NCBI GenBank assembly: GCA_951406725.2
Contig: OX597818.1
Coordinates: 107,632,001-107,696,000 of the forward strand
From: Octopus vulgaris
Lineage: Eukaryota
DNA: 64,000 nucleotides
Direction: 5' to 3'
Positions 1-15,170 of the stretch are shown piece by piece. Made by a program: the position numbers and the translations under genes. Every line of letters starts with the position of its first letter. The first letter of the stretch is position 1. The notes below the pieces were generated by a model, which was not told the DNA's origin, ran no database searches, and saw only the letters and a program-made list of their open reading frames with translations.

Positions 1-140
1 ACGAGAGAGGTCTCGAACTTTTAGTGGTCAGGGTAATCCTGGCCCTAGCTGGAGTTCCTTGATTGGCCCCAGCTGGAGTTCCTTCAGTGTCAGGAGAACT
101 GCATCGTTCATGTTATCTCATACTTTGTATACCTTTCTTT

Positions 141-352
141 TATTCTTTTACTTGTTTCAGTCATTTGACTGCAGCCATGCTGGAGCACCACCTTAATGGG
201 TTTTAGTCAAAAAATTGACCGCAGCATGTATTCTTTGTAAGCCTACTATTTATTTCATCAGTTGCTTTTGCTGAACTACTATGTTACGGGGAGATAAACA
301 CATCAGCATCGGTTTTCAAGTGCTGGTTGGGAGACAAACACAGACATACACA

Positions 353-356
<4 letters not shown>
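141..356 (-). mobile_element. 3' tail of tRNA-derived SINE (same family as 55833-56205)
   Basis: Reverse complement matches the tail of 55833-56205 (gctccagcatggc.gcagtcaaatgactgaaacaagtaaaaga). Confidence 0.8.
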
Positions 357-387
<31 letters not shown>

Positions 388-391
<4 letters not shown>

Positions 392-490
392 TGACTATTG
401 AATAATTGTAACATATTATTTTATAGATAAATTTCCTCTATTTACATAATATTGAGGTCTCTTTCTTTCTTTTGCTATCTTACCGTTTTT

Positions 491-495
<5 letters not shown>
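388..495 (+). mobile_element. Short (TA)n-embedded element, 3' part of the family at 59742-59900
   Basis: tatagataaatttcctctatttacataatattgaggtctctttctttcttttg.tatcttaccgtttt is nearly identical to 59827-59895. Flanked by TA arrays on both sides. Confidence 0.8.
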
Positions 496-542
<47 letters not shown>

Positions 543-588
543 TGTATGTATATATATATATACATATACATATATATATATATGTATG

Positions 589-651
<63 letters not shown>

Positions 652-698
652 GTGTGTGTATATATGTATATATGTACATATATATATATGTATATATC

Positions 699-1020
699 TC
701 TATATATATAAAACTGAGAATGTGTGTTTGTCTGTCTGTCTGTCTGTGTGTTTCCCTAAAACTTGAGAATTACACAACCAATTTCATTAAAATTTTACGC
801 ATGCCTTACTTAGGGTCCATGTAGTTTCATGGGACAAAAAAAATGTTCAACTTCTTGCCTAGAGCGAGCCCATAGCAATATCATATCTTCTCCACTATTT
901 CAGTATTACGTGTTAAAAGTGTAACAAAAACATTTCTCTATTTTATGTCAGATACTTTCACTTTAACAATAAAAATGATAATAACAATTGAATTATATGT
1001 AGTAAGTAATAATTAAAATC
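699..1020 (+). mobile_element. Putative non-autonomous Helitron-like 5' end
   Basis: Begins TCTATATATATAAAA followed by a (GTCT)n tract, the usual layout of animal non-autonomous Helitron 5' ends. The 3' CTAG end was not identified and the right boundary is approximate. Confidence 0.4.
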
Positions 1021-1804
1021 AAACTAAAGTATAATATAATCGTAACATCACAAAAGTAAAAATAGCAATTGGTATAAAATTGCATCAATGACTTGAACTT
1101 GAATAAGTGGTTTCACATGAATGGGAATAAATAAAAAATAAAATTAAGGCGCAGAAATGGAATAGTCCATTAGATTAAAGAAAAGACTATTGTCTATAAA
1201 GTATACAATGTAGAGAAAAAAAAAAGATTTGAACACCTGAAGGAAAGCACCATCGAAATGTGTCTTGGTGCAACTATGAAAGATATCAAGTATCTAACTA
1301 GAGGCGGTAAATTCGCCACAATAGAAGCAAGGTTCGAGTCAACGGGGCGTGCAAGGGAGTACTCGACTCGAACCTTGCAAAGTGGAAATATTTTATTTTA
1401 TTTTATATCTGTGACGTAGGACGTCCCGGATAATATTAAAAATGTCCCCCCAGAATGTCAAGTTGAGTCAAGTTGTCACTAGAGTTTGAGAGTGACTTCT
1501 AAGCAGGTTTCATTGCATCACAGGGGTCAAATATGTTGGTAGTGATATTAAGCCTGGTCAGCTGTCAACTTTGTGCAACACAACTAAAATGCTGTCAGGA
1601 GTGCAGAGGTGACCCACACCATGTTGTCCGGTGGGGCCCGGGGGGGGGGTAATCCGATGATCACTGATATTCACAAGGCTACACTAGAGCTGTAATCCCT
1701 CCCCCACCACACACAGACACTCAGGAAGCAGAATGAAAGATCAGTCAGACTGATGGTACAAAGCAAATGGTCTACTTGCTACACACGGGGTAATAGAAGC
1801 CATT

Positions 1805-2037
1805 AAGGGGGAGAGCTGGCAGAAACGTTAGCACACCAGGTGAAATGCTTAGTGGTATTTCGTCTGCCGTTACGTTCTGAGTTCAAATTCCGCTGAGGTC
1901 GACTTTGCCTTTCATCCTTTCGGGGTCGATGAAATAAGTACCAGTTACGCACTAGGGTTGATCTAATCGACTTAATCCGTTTGTCTGTCCATGTTTTGCC
2001 TCTCTGTGTTTAGCCCCTTGTGGGTAGTAAAGAAATA
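1805..2037 (+). mobile_element. tRNA-derived SINE (Meta-domain-like core), full length with 16-bp TSD
   Basis: A/B-box-like head (gagctggcagaa...gagttcaaattcc), core gtcgactttgcctttcatcctttcggggtcgat, TSD ggtaatagaagccatt at 1789-1804 and 2038-2053. Confidence 0.9.
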
Positions 2038-2305
2038 GGTAATAGAAGCCATTGATGACCTCTTTCCCTGAGGAAGAGAAAAGTGAAAGTAAAAAAGAAG
2101 GACAGCAAACCACAACAAAGACAACAATAACAAGAAAAAAAAAAAGAAGCCCAGTGGTGAAGGTTTCAAATATAGTTGTTGCTGTTTGAAGGACACAAAC
2201 AGTTGCAGTTTGGAGAGGAAGTTTCAGAGTAGAAATTTTTAAAATCACCTCATTTTCAGTGCAACAATAAGATGAGAATCTCCATTTTTTGTGCAAGATT
2301 AACCA

Positions 2306-2663
2306 GAACTGGCAGAATCGTTTGCCCACCGGATGAAATCCTTAGCAGTATTTTCGTCTGCCATTACGTTCTGAGTTCGAATCCATCGAGGTCGACTATG
2401 CCTTTCATCCTTTCGGGGTTGATAAATGAAGTACCAGTTACACACTGAGGTCGATGTAATCATCTTAATCCCTTTGTCTGTCCTTGTTTGTCCCCTCTAT
2501 GTTCTGAGTTCGAATTCCGTCGAGGTCGACTATGCCTTTCATCCTTTCGGGGTTGATAAATGAAGTACCAGTTACGCACTGAGGTCGATGTAATCAACTT
2601 AATCCCTTTGTCTGTCCTTGTTTGTCCTCTCTATGTTTAGCCCCTTGTGGGTAGTAAAGAAAT
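2306..2663 (+). mobile_element. Same SINE family, with internal ~133-bp tandem duplication
   Basis: TSD aagattaacca at 2295-2305 and 2664-2674. Body duplicated at ~2368-2499 and ~2500-2633. Confidence 0.85.
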
Positions 2664-2710
2664 AAGATTAACCAAAACCTAGGAACTGAAATATGCCCTG
2701 GTCATCTTTA

Positions 2711-2949
2711 TCTTTTCTCTTTTAGCCACTATTTGTTCCAGTCTTTAGACTGGGGCCATGCTGGGGCACCACCTTGAAGAATTTTAGTCGAATGGATTGA
2801 TCCCAGTGCTTGTGTTTTATTTTTTTTTTTCAAGCCTGGTACTTATTCTATCAGTCACTTTTGCTGAACCGCTAAGTGACAGGGATGTAAACACACCAGT
2901 TCTGATTGTTAAGCAGTAGTGGGGGAACAAACACAGACACAAAGACACA

Positions 2950-2990
<41 letters not shown>

Positions 2991-3110
2991 GATAGAGTTC
3001 TTTCAGTTTCTGTCTACCAAATCCATTCACAAGCTTTGGTAGAAGACACTCACTCAAGGTACCATGAAGTGGGACTGAACCCAGATCCATGGAGTCAGAA
3101 AGCAAAATTC
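2711..3110 (-). mobile_element. tRNA-derived SINE with internal (CA)n, decayed (family of 55833-56205)
   Basis: Head segment tttcagtttc.gtctaccaaatcca.tcacaag and tail both match the reverse complement of 55833-56205. Confidence 0.8.
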
Positions 3111-3452
3111 TTGTACAGCTGGCTCAAGATGGAAGTCAGCAAAAAGCAGAAAACTGGTGAGATCAATAAAAGAATGATAAATCCAGACAAAAGGATAAAG
3201 AACGGAGTCAGAAGCAACCCCCCATCTCAATACACGAAATTCATAGCCAAATATATTACCAACAGCTGGAAGAGGTCAGAGTAGTGTCCTGGTCCTACCC
3301 AGGTGGGGACTTCTCCACCCCTTTGTCAATTGGTTGTTCTTAGTTGCTTTATAGATTTTTAACTTATCTTTATATCTGCAGCTACATTTTGCTCCACCTA
3401 CCATGTATATATCATATACGTAGACGCATATATATGTGTGTATGTATGTATA

Positions 3453-3509
<57 letters not shown>

Positions 3510-3536
3510 ATATCTTATATATATATATGTGTATAT

Positions 3537-3615
<79 letters not shown>

Positions 3616-4404
3616 TTTATCTGTGTGTGTGTATTTGTATATCTATATAGATATACATAAATATAGATATATACATATACGGCCATACATATCTTGTAAC
3701 TCTTTCACAGGAAATGTTTTATATTGTATGTATAGGCCCTTGTGGCCATTAAAGGAAGTATTATTATTATTATTGGTGTTATTATTATTATTGCTGCTGT
3801 TGTTGTTGTTATTTTTATTGTTATTTTGCTGTAGTTGTTCTATCTTTGTATAAGTTTGTTTCATATTATATTTAATATTTTTTTTATCTCCCTATTTTTT
3901 CTCTGTTTTCTTCATTTCCATCTGATTGAAGCGATAAAAAAAAAATACTCCTGTGTAAGCTTGTTTGTCAAGATTTGTATTTTTTTCTTTTCCTTTTTTT
4001 TTCTTTTTTTCTATTGCTCTTTCATGGTTACATTTTGTGTTTAATTTTGGAGTTGGTCAAACGTTAACATCATTGGTTATTCATGGGTAACTTATGAGAA
4101 ATCCATATGATAGCTTTGTTGATATTATTGTTTCAGATTTTTTTTCTTCTGATTTTTAAAAAAAAATTTGTATTTTTTATTTATATTTATTTTTGTGTTT
4201 GTGTGTTATAGCTATCATACAGATTTCGGAAGGCAAAAAAAATAGCTAAAATAACATACATCCACCCTAAAAACAAACAAACAAAACAAAAATACCTTCT
4301 TCTCACGGATATTTATAATCTATTTCATACAACTGTTTATACAACAGAAATTAATTTTCAAAATCTGTTCTTAACATTGCAAAATCAGGGCAGCAGCAAC
4401 ACCA

Positions 4405-6250
<1,846 letters not shown>

Positions 6251-6504
6251 ATTGTCATTAACGTTATTAAGTATGCATACAGAGTTATATCATTTAATCC
6301 ATTCAGTTTGAAGACAAACTACACACAGCCAGCTTCCGGAGCCTTCTAATTTCTCTCTATTTGACAGCTAAGCTATTTCCTTAAGTAACATTTTCTCATT
6401 TAGCACTCTTCTTCTCCCACAACTCCTCTCTGTCCACCTACACCAACATGATAACTCTTCTTTCCTCCTCCTCCTCATCCTTTTCTCTCTGTCTCTGTCT
6501 CTCT

Positions 6505-6573
<69 letters not shown>

Positions 6574-7318
6574 TATCTGTATATAATATTAATACACACC
6601 ACAATACATCTTTAAAGTCCAACATGAGCTAAAGTAATTAAACAACAGTTTTCAAAAGCCTTCTTCTCTGCGAGTATTTAAACAGATGGAAATACATTTT
6701 TGCTATGCTCTTCCTCTGTAAAAAAGAAAGCCAATGAAACTGTATCTATGTCTTTTCTGGTTCATTAATTTCTACTCAGAAGAGAAATATACCCACTCCC
6801 TTCTGTTCTTCAAAGCAATGCTCTCCCTCTGCCTCGTGGTAACCACACTATGGAATATGTCTGGGCAATTCTCATTATATTTCTGTGTGCAGAGATGTAA
6901 CCATGCATATATTTACATTCATCTTTCACAGCAGAAGCTTTAGACAACTGCAATTTAACTGCATTCAGTTTATCTTATATTTCTAATACATGCTCTGTGT
7001 GTTGCACATAATTGTTTATTCGTTATGCAACCACATTACCAACAAATGCTTCGTATGCAAATTAGTCTAGCCATTATAGTATTGCAGCTATGTTCATTTT
7101 TGTGTCTGATTTAAATAGTGGCTTTCCACAAGTTCCCTTCATGGCAAGGGTTATGTAGAGGTACTTGTCCACTGATAAATGCACAATAAAATGTGGAACA
7201 CATCAGATCAATTTTCTTTATATTTTTTGCTTGGAAAGAAAACAAGATGTGTATTTACACCTGTTTAGTGTTTCACAATGAACACTTCAGAAAACTGCAT
7301 TATTTCACACACACACAT

Positions 7319-7350
<32 letters not shown>

Positions 7351-7402
7351 GCACACACACACAAACATACACATGCATGTGCACGTATACACGCATATAT
7401 CA

Positions 7403-7506
7403 TCATTTACTGTCCGTCGTCCCTGCTAGCATGGGTTGGACGGTTGCTGGAAAGCTGAGGGGCTGGCTGCACCAGACTCCACTCTGATTTGGCATGGTTT
7501 CTCTGG
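7403..7506 (-). mobile_element. RTE-type LINE 3' tail fragment
   Basis: gctagcatgggttggacgg...gcaccag.ctcca.tctgatttggcatggtttct is the reverse complement of ~27405-27500. Confidence 0.7.
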
Positions 7507-7852
7507 CTTATATATATATATAAGTCAGTGATGTAATGGCGTATATTACTGAAGTGGTGGGTCAACAGTTTAACTTGTCGTGTGTAGCAGAGTGCTCAGA
7601 ATTGGCTTCCAGAAGCAGTCTGCAAGGAATCGGTCGATTTCCTCAATATAAAGAATGCTGTTAAAGTTTGCCTCTGATACAATACATAAGGTTGGACAAA
7701 GTGCAACAAGTTCTGAGTAGTATGATATTGTGACCCATCCTCACCAGTGGTTGAAGCATTGTTCGTGCAAAGACAGGTTTCTTTCTGAAATGTTCAATTT
7801 TCCATTCCCTATCAACAAGCTCACTCTACTTACTTCCTTTTTTCTATTTGTA

Positions 7853-7884
<32 letters not shown>

Positions 7885-8344
7885 CAAAACAGGAAGATGG
7901 AAAAGATTTTTTTGGCATTATTTATTCTCCATGACATATATTTCATTTGCTAATAGAATTTACAAAATTGTCCATGTTGGATAAACATGTGAGAAGTACA
8001 TAAGAAGTTTCCTATAAGAAATTCTTCAGACAAAGAATCAAACAATACCAAAAAAAAATTTCCCAGCTTCCTGTTTTTGATATATAATAACTCTGCAAAC
8101 AATATTTCCAGAATTTTCAAGTCTAATGCGTACCTCACATAAATATAATAACTATATACTGTATTGTGATTCTGGGAATAAGTAGATGTGCTTCAGAAAG
8201 ATACAGCTTGGATTTTAACCCCACTTACATTGTGTCTGTGTATTTGTGTGTGTGTGTGTGTGTGTGTGTGTTTGTGTGTGTGCATGCATGTGCGTGCATC
8301 ATCATCATCATCATCATTATTGCTTCAATCCCCATTTTTCCATA

Positions 8345-8560
8345 AGGCAGTGAGATGGCAGAAATGTTAGCATGCTGGGTGAAATGCTTAGCAGTATTTC
8401 ATTTGCCTTTATGTTCTGAGTTCAAATTCCACCAAGGTCAACTTTGCCTTTCATCCTTTCGGGGTTGATAAATTAAGTACCAGTTGCATACTGGAGTCGA
8501 TCTAATCGACTGCCCCCCACTCCTCAAAAGTTTCAGGCCTTGTGCCTAGAGTAGAAAAGA
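8345..8560 (+). mobile_element. Meta-like SINE nested in a minus-strand RTE tail
   Basis: Same head and core as 1805-2037. Flanked by (CAT)n and the RTE-tail sequence gcatgcttgcatcggctggat. Confidence 0.8.
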
Positions 8561-8856
8561 AGATCCACTTTCGCATGCTTGCATCGGCTGGATAGAATTT
8601 GCTGAGACAAACTTTCTATAGCCAGGTGCTCTACTTGTCATGAACCTTCACCTAATTCCATATAAGGTAATATTTCCCCAGAGCCTGACATATTCTTACA
8701 GAACACAGAAAATGAATGACACTGCTCATGTTATGATAAAAACTCATTTACAACTCTCATGTGATGTCAAAGCAAGGAGATAGCAATGCACATTCGTAGA
8801 TATATACATGACAGGCTTCTTTTAGTTTCCATCTACAAAACCACCCACAAGGTCAT

Positions 8857-9015
8857 GCACTGTTTATCTTGATATGAGATCACCATGTCGTGCACATATG
8901 GTTGTGATGCATGTGCCTGGTGTACCCTTATCAGACGGGTAGTCATGATGGGTATACTGGGCTTCGTATATTTTACCCCAGTGTCACTTTGATGGCATGC
9001 TCTGCTCTCTCACTC

Positions 9016-9050
<35 letters not shown>

Positions 9051-9056
9051 TAATAA
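8857..9056 (+). mobile_element. Retroelement 3' end terminating in (AAT)n
   Basis: Unique sequence ending in ctctctcactc followed by (aat)n, typical of TAA-microsatellite-associated LINE tails. Family assignment uncertain. Confidence 0.45.
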
Positions 9057-9108
9057 CAACATCGAAAAATACTTTAGGAATGAGAACCCAGGTTTGAAAT
9101 TTCCCCAA

Positions 9109-9154
9109 GACACCTAATGAAGGCTGGAGGGTATATCAGTTGAAACGTTGTGTT
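9109..9154 (+). ncRNA. Minimal type I hammerhead ribozyme relic (G5A) in PLE-pLTR-like fragment 9060-9240
   Basis: gacac CTAATGA a ggctg..cagtt GAAA cg TT gtgtt: stem I, stem II and palindromic ACGT stem III present. Core G5 is mutated. Confidence 0.6.
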
Positions 9155-10778
9155 AACAACAAACAAGATGAGAACAAATATCTGTCAAATGTAAATAACA
9201 TAAATAATGTACATAATTCCTCATCTCTTAAATATAGAACTAAGGTAAGAGACAACAACAAATTCAGTGACTAATTTAGTCTAATGTATGTATGTATGAA
9301 CACAATATACATATATATATATATAGAGAGAGAGGGGGGTAGGGAGAAGGGAGAGAGAGAGACGTGCACATACACACACATATAAGTTTTATCTCCTCTT
9401 TCTGTCTACCCATTAGTAATTCTCTGTATTACCACCACACCATTATAAATATCAAACGGATATTTTATGCTTGTTATCATTGTAGCAAATGTGATGGTGT
9501 AGTTATTAGTGGCAGAACTTAACGAAAAAAGCAGAAAATCAAACAGAATATCGTATGATAAACGAACTGATAATTAAATAAATAAATAAAGATGAGCGGA
9601 GATTTTTTTGTCATTAGGGTTTTGCTGTGTAGTTTAGTTGACATTCTGATAAAATTTTCTAGGATTTGCTTGTTGTCACCAAAATACGATCTTGATTTGA
9701 AGATTACAACGAAAATACAAAACTAAAAATATCATAGAAAGAAAAAAAAATTATAAAACAAAAAGAAAATAAATAATGAAAATAATAAACAACACCACCA
9801 ACTACATAGGCACCAGCAATTACCAAAAATGTGTCGATGAAGTGTTTATATGTGTTTAATGATCTTTTAGATAATAGATATCTTAAAAGATAATATTTAA
9901 AAGCTTTTAAGATCTAAATTGATTCTTGTATTTGATTCCATAAAATTGAAAAAGTCATAAATATTCAACTATAAAAATTTATGTTTGGAAATATATATAT
10001 CTTGTTTAATTTTCTGTTTAACTGAGATCTTCCTCATGTTTGAACTGTCAGAATATAAATGCTCGGTGGCAAGTATTCTTCTCTGTTTCCACTCTGATGG
10101 TTTGATGGTAGACTTAAAAGTATCGATACATCATTAACTTTTCTATCCAGTTTTATCCTTTGTGGTTTTTAATCAGAAAGAAGGGTCACGGCCCTAATAT
10201 TTTACAGGCCCCATGAGACTGGTGAGGTTGATGGGGATGATACCTTAGTTAAATAGCTGCATTTTTCTATATGAAGGATTAATTCTCAGAGGAGCAGGAA
10301 TAAGAGGAGAAAGGGAAAAAGAATGGGTGAGAAGAGGAGAGGAAATGAATGTGTTTGACGAGCCCGGGTGGAGTTGGTACTCATCTAGAGAGTTCTGAGG
10401 ATCAGAAGCTATTGTAGAAGAGTAGAAGATGCCCAAGTGAGGAACCAGCACAGCTGTTGGTCAGAATTGTGAGGGTGAGTGAATCCTTCCCACCACTGGA
10501 CTCAACTGAAATTTATGGAGAGTCAGCAAGTGTTCAAGGTGTTCATGGCTCTGAAGAGGAAAGCTTGGTGCTAGGACATATTTTTCTAATTAATGAATAC
10601 GAGTTCATCACTAATGACTGGTGAAAATTGACAGTTTCCTCAACACGTTTTAATTGCATGTTGTCCATGACTAGAGGGTGTGGAATATTATGATTTGCTA
10701 TTTAACTGTTTCCGCAAATTAATGTATGGATGGAAATTTATTACTGCCCATGACAGGAGAGAGCTACTTCACTCAAGG

Positions 10779-10851
<73 letters not shown>

Positions 10852-10936
10852 AATATATACATATATACATATATAATTTTCTTTTGAAAAACATAGATAG
10901 TATAGAAGTACTCAGATTGAACCCAAGGCACTAGAC

Positions 10937-11060
10937 ATATAATAGATACAATAAAAAAGGCTCAAATCAGGCAGACTACAATTCTTACTTTGTCTTAATT
11001 AAACCTGTATATGTATGTGTTAATCGTAGTCTGCCCGATTTTAACCTTTTCTATTGTATC

Positions 11061-11068
<8 letters not shown>
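10937..11068. repeat. Imperfect inverted repeat (~45-bp arms) between TA arrays
   Basis: tagatacaataaaaaaggctcaaatcaggcagactacaatt versus reverse complement of aatcgtagtctgcccgattttaaccttttctattgtatcta. Confidence 0.85.
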
Positions 11069-11111
<43 letters not shown>

Positions 11112-11124
11112 TTTATTTGAAACT

Positions 11125-11455
11125 AAGAACTGAAGTATTCTGGATTGCAAGACAGTGTGTGAGAGAAAACTGTGATATCACAGGAGAGAAATGTGTCTGC
11201 ATGGATGATGGTGCACTTGCTTTTAATGATTCAGAAAAGAAAGAGGCTTGGAGGAGCCATTATGAAAGACTGCTGAATGTGCTGGTAGCACATAAAAAGC
11301 ACCATCTGAACATGACCGATGCCAGTGCTGCCTTGACTAGCTTCCACGCCAGTGGCACGTAAAAAGCAACCACTACACTGGTTGACGTTAGGAAGGGCAT
11401 CCAGGGTTAACCCATGCCTGCATGGAAAACGGACGTTAAACGATGATGATGATAA
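11125..11455 (+). mobile_element. Internally deleted RTE LINE: ORF fragment joined to 3' tail
   Basis: Peptide EVFWIARQCVRENCDITGEKCV..KKEAWRSHYERLLNV resembles the RTE endonuclease-RT linker, followed by the tail ggcacgtaaaaagc..aggaagggcatccag..gacgttaaacgatgat. Confidence 0.75.
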
Positions 11456-13243
11456 TTTATTTGAAACCTTTAGTAAAGTACTCTTCTGTCGAATGCGATC
11501 AACTTTGATATAATAGACTTGTAATTTCAATTGTATCATCATCTTGCTTTATATCATAACATCAGCAGTGTGCTGTGTGTACTCACAATGACCCTGTCCT
11601 CTTTGCTGTAAACGCCTACTAATGAGAATAATAGGACCACTGGAAGCTAGCTTTTCTTTCTTAATCTTGCACTGTTGACTTTAAATTCTAGATTCGTAAA
11701 CTTGACTGTAGGTGGATCTGCTAGTCTTATTTTCTCTTGATTGTAAAGTAGGCACTAACACAATGTAGTTAACCAAAACATTTTATATTAAATTTCATGA
11801 CAGTAAAGAGAAAAATGATTAATTTTGGTGAAGAAAAGCAGTGAAGGCAACTCCAGAATATAAATTAAAACTAATTTAAAAATCAAATGGAATGAGAAGT
11901 AAATTTGATTTGTGATAGTACAGTGACAACTTCCAGTTTTATTAGACTTCATCAGCAAAAGTGTCCAACAGTGTTGCCAGGTCTTAGAATAAAGTAGAGA
12001 AAATTCTGGGTTTTAACAAATGAACTCTGTGTGGTGCAATAGCTCCAAAGAATAATTTGAGGGAAATATCCATGATGCCTTAGACTGCATTAAATTCAGG
12101 TCTTCATCTGTACAACCTCTTTTGATGGGTTATGGAATTTGCTATCATTAATAATAATGTGTCTAAAAGTCTATATAGTAGATAAAGTGTTAGTCTGAAG
12201 ATTTAAGAGAATTAAGCAGTAAATGTATTGGTCTCGAGGGAAGGGTAGTGTCCATGGCATCGACAGATCTTCCAGGGATGGTGAAATCAACATGGCCGAT
12301 GTCTGTCTTGCTTGTATCTGCAAGCTGACAGCTGTTGAAAAAAAATACAGGTGAGAATGGAAGGCATCAAAGGAAAATCGCTTCTTTCTGTGAGAATTGA
12401 TCAGTGTGGTCAGTTGGTCAGTGAACTGATCTAGTGATCAATAGAACCAGGTCAGAAGGGGGAAATAAGTCACCGGTGATCAATGAAAACAACGTACACA
12501 TGTAGATAAACATACACGCACTCATACACGCACAAACATTCAAATGCACACACAGACAGATAAACACCAACACATTTTACATGCAGACATACATACATGA
12601 GAGACACATACATGAGACACACACACGTGAGACACACATATATATATACAGACACATACGTATATACACAAACAAAAAAATTAAGAAAAACATAAAGACA
12701 TACACAGACATTCACAAACAAAACACAAGATGTAAACATACAGACACAAATAGAGGCTTGCAGGCAGATATAAACACATACACATAAACATATACACATA
12801 AAAAAACACATAAACAAACATGCATACACTTAAACACACACACACATACACATGAACACACACACCTATAAAACACATAAACATCATTTGGTTTATATAA
12901 TTCCAACTGAAAGATTAGCAAAAATATTGATTTATAGCATTGGTATGAAATCACAAATTTGTGAAAAGAAAAAAAACTCAATTAAATTGACCCCAATATT
13001 TGAGTGGTACTTTGTTTTATTGACACAATATTTGAACTCAGAACATCAAGGTACTCAGCTTCACTAACACACAACATGGCAATTTGTTCCTCCCTCTTCT
13101 GACAGTGTTAATTGCCAACCTGAAGAATAATATAAAAATCTGTTGATTATTAATACAAGAAATACCATTTATATAGCATTATATGTTGATGTGTGTATGA
13201 GTGTGAATGTTAGAATATGTTTGTATATGGTGAGAATGCATGC

Positions 13244-13279
<36 letters not shown>

Positions 13280-13629
13280 ACGTGTGTATATAGGTGTCTG
13301 TGTATGCGTGCAAAACAGCAAAGAGGTTACTAATGTGTATAGAGAAACTATATCACCCTAGCTTCAATAAGTCTGTGCAAATGTGTTCCTCAAAGGGTTA
13401 ATTGAATCCCTGATGGGCGATGGCAATATCAAAGCATAAACATTTGAGGTTAAGTGCAGTATTTTAAGTAGAACAGGTTAAAACAGACTCTATTATGTTG
13501 ACTCTATATATCAACTTGCGGTTATATAAAATTACACACAAGCAGAAATTGTCAAGTGTGTTAGACTGGATATATAATGGAGTAAATTAAAGTGTGTTAA
13601 ATTGGATATATAATGATTGAGTTCAAGAC

Positions 13630-14410
13630 ATGGGATGAAGTGGTGAAGCATGATTTTTGGGCTTCACAGAGGCAATGACTAGTGATTGAGACTTTTGGTG
13701 ATATGCTGCACTTGAGAAAAACCTGTCAAACCAAGTGAAATCCCAGTCGTGGCTGATGCTGGTGCCATGTAACTGACACCAGTGCTGGTGGTAGCATGTA
13801 AAAATCACCTTTTGCGCTTTGGGACTCTTGGAGACAAAGTGGCTGAACTCCTTTCAAGTACTGGGCCTCTCGAAGGCAATGACTGAGAACTTTGGCATTA
13901 TGTGATGCTGAGATGAAGACCCATCAAGCCAAGAAAAATCAGAGTGGTGACAGATCATTGCCTCATGAAGGCAATGACCAAGACTTTTGAAGAACCTTTC
14001 GAGTGTTGGGTCTCATGGAGGCAAAGTGGCTGAGCTCGCGTTTCGAGTGTTGGGTATTACAGAAGCAACAAATGAGACCTTTGGCTTGAGTGTTGGGCCT
14101 CACAGAGGCAATGACCAAGACTTTTGGCATTCTGTCATACTTGAGAAGAAAACCCATTAAGCTGAGCAAAATCAGTCGTGGCAGATACTGGTGTCCCACA
14201 AATAGCACCCATGCCGATGGCATGTAAAAGCACCTATTACACTATCGGAGTGATTGGCATTAGAAAAAACATTCAGCTGTAGAAACCATGCCGAATCAGA
14301 CTGGAACCTGGTGCAGTGTTCCAGCCTGGCCAGCTCCAGTTAAACTGTCCAACCCATGCCAGCATGGACAATGGATGTTAAATGATGATGACGATGGTGA
14401 TGATGATGAT
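13630..14410 (+). mobile_element. RTE-type LINE 3' UTR with tandem subrepeats, ending in (GAT)n
   Basis: Repeated gaggcaatgacc..gacttttgg units, then a tail homologous to 27346-27540. Confidence 0.75.
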
Positions 14411-14461
14411 ATCAAATAATAAAGTTCAAAGGGGTAGAGAAAGAAATCCTCCCCAAGTATA

Positions 14462-14680
14462 ACTTTTATCTTTTATTTGTTTCAGTCATAAGACTGTGGC
14501 CATGCTGGGGCACCATCTTAAAGAGTTTTATTTGAAATAAATTGACTCCAGTACTTCTTTGAAAGTTTGGTACTTATTCCATTGGTCTCTTTTGCCAAAC
14601 CACTAAGTTAGAGAAAATTAAAGACATGAACACGAATTATCAAGGAGTGGTGAATTGACAAACAGATACAAATACACACA
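14462..14680 (-). mobile_element. SINE 3' tail (family of 55833-56205)
   Basis: tgtttcagtcat.agactg.ggccatgctggggcacc, similar to 141-356. Confidence 0.7.
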
Positions 14681-14692
14681 AATGTATATATA

Positions 14693-14927
14693 CAGGGTGG
14701 ACCAAAAGTCACGTGACAGTAAATTGAAAACCATTTAATTCCAAGATTAATACAAAAATTATTTTATGAGACTTCGCTAATAAATACACAAATGTTGAAA
14801 AAAAAACAGTGATTTTAACTCACAGCATTCAATTTTAAAACGTTCATAATTTGAATGAATAATTAAAATTGAATATTAAATGCTTAAGGAATTTGGATTA
14901 CCATCAGCTGACTTTTGGCCAACCCAG
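14693..14927. mobile_element. Tc1/mariner-type MITE (235 bp)
   Basis: TIRs cagggtggaccaaaagtcacgtga and reverse complement ctgggttggccaaaagtcagctga, TA on both sides. Confidence 0.75.
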
Positions 14928-14935
14928 TATACATA

Positions 14936-15170
14936 CAAGGGGTATTCAAAAAGTATCCAACTTTATTTTTTCCCTGCTAAAACCAATACCCTGTGGACAA
15001 AATCTTTGGGTGGAAGGTGACACCACCAACCTTCCTGCACATGTGTTAAAATTTTCATGCCAGCGGACTGCATCAGATCCCCGTTATTATGCCTAGAGAA
15101 TAGACGTGTAGTGTGCATTGGTTGCATTTTCACTTTCACCAAACGCATGAAGCAGAGATATTGCACCATA
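14936..15170 (+). mobile_element. Mariner 5' fragment
   Basis: TA plus caaggggtattcaaaaagtatcc TIR-like start, later KQRYC resembling a mariner transposase N-terminus. Confidence 0.45.

Noticed and set aside
416-824. Tyr/Ile/Val/Cys-rich ORFs here and at 3.3, 23, 27.7-28.4, 39, 45, 50 and 59 kb
   Set aside because: Translations of (TA)n, (TG)n and (TATG)n tracts, which lack stop codons.
1805-1895. tRNA gene calls at SINE heads (also 50240-50306, 41690-41733)
   Set aside because: Only A/B-box-like remnants with no complete cloverleaf, contiguous with SINE bodies.
12190-12340. Possible minus-strand exon after a ttttttcaacag acceptor
   Set aside because: Short open frames with no recognisable homology or donor site.
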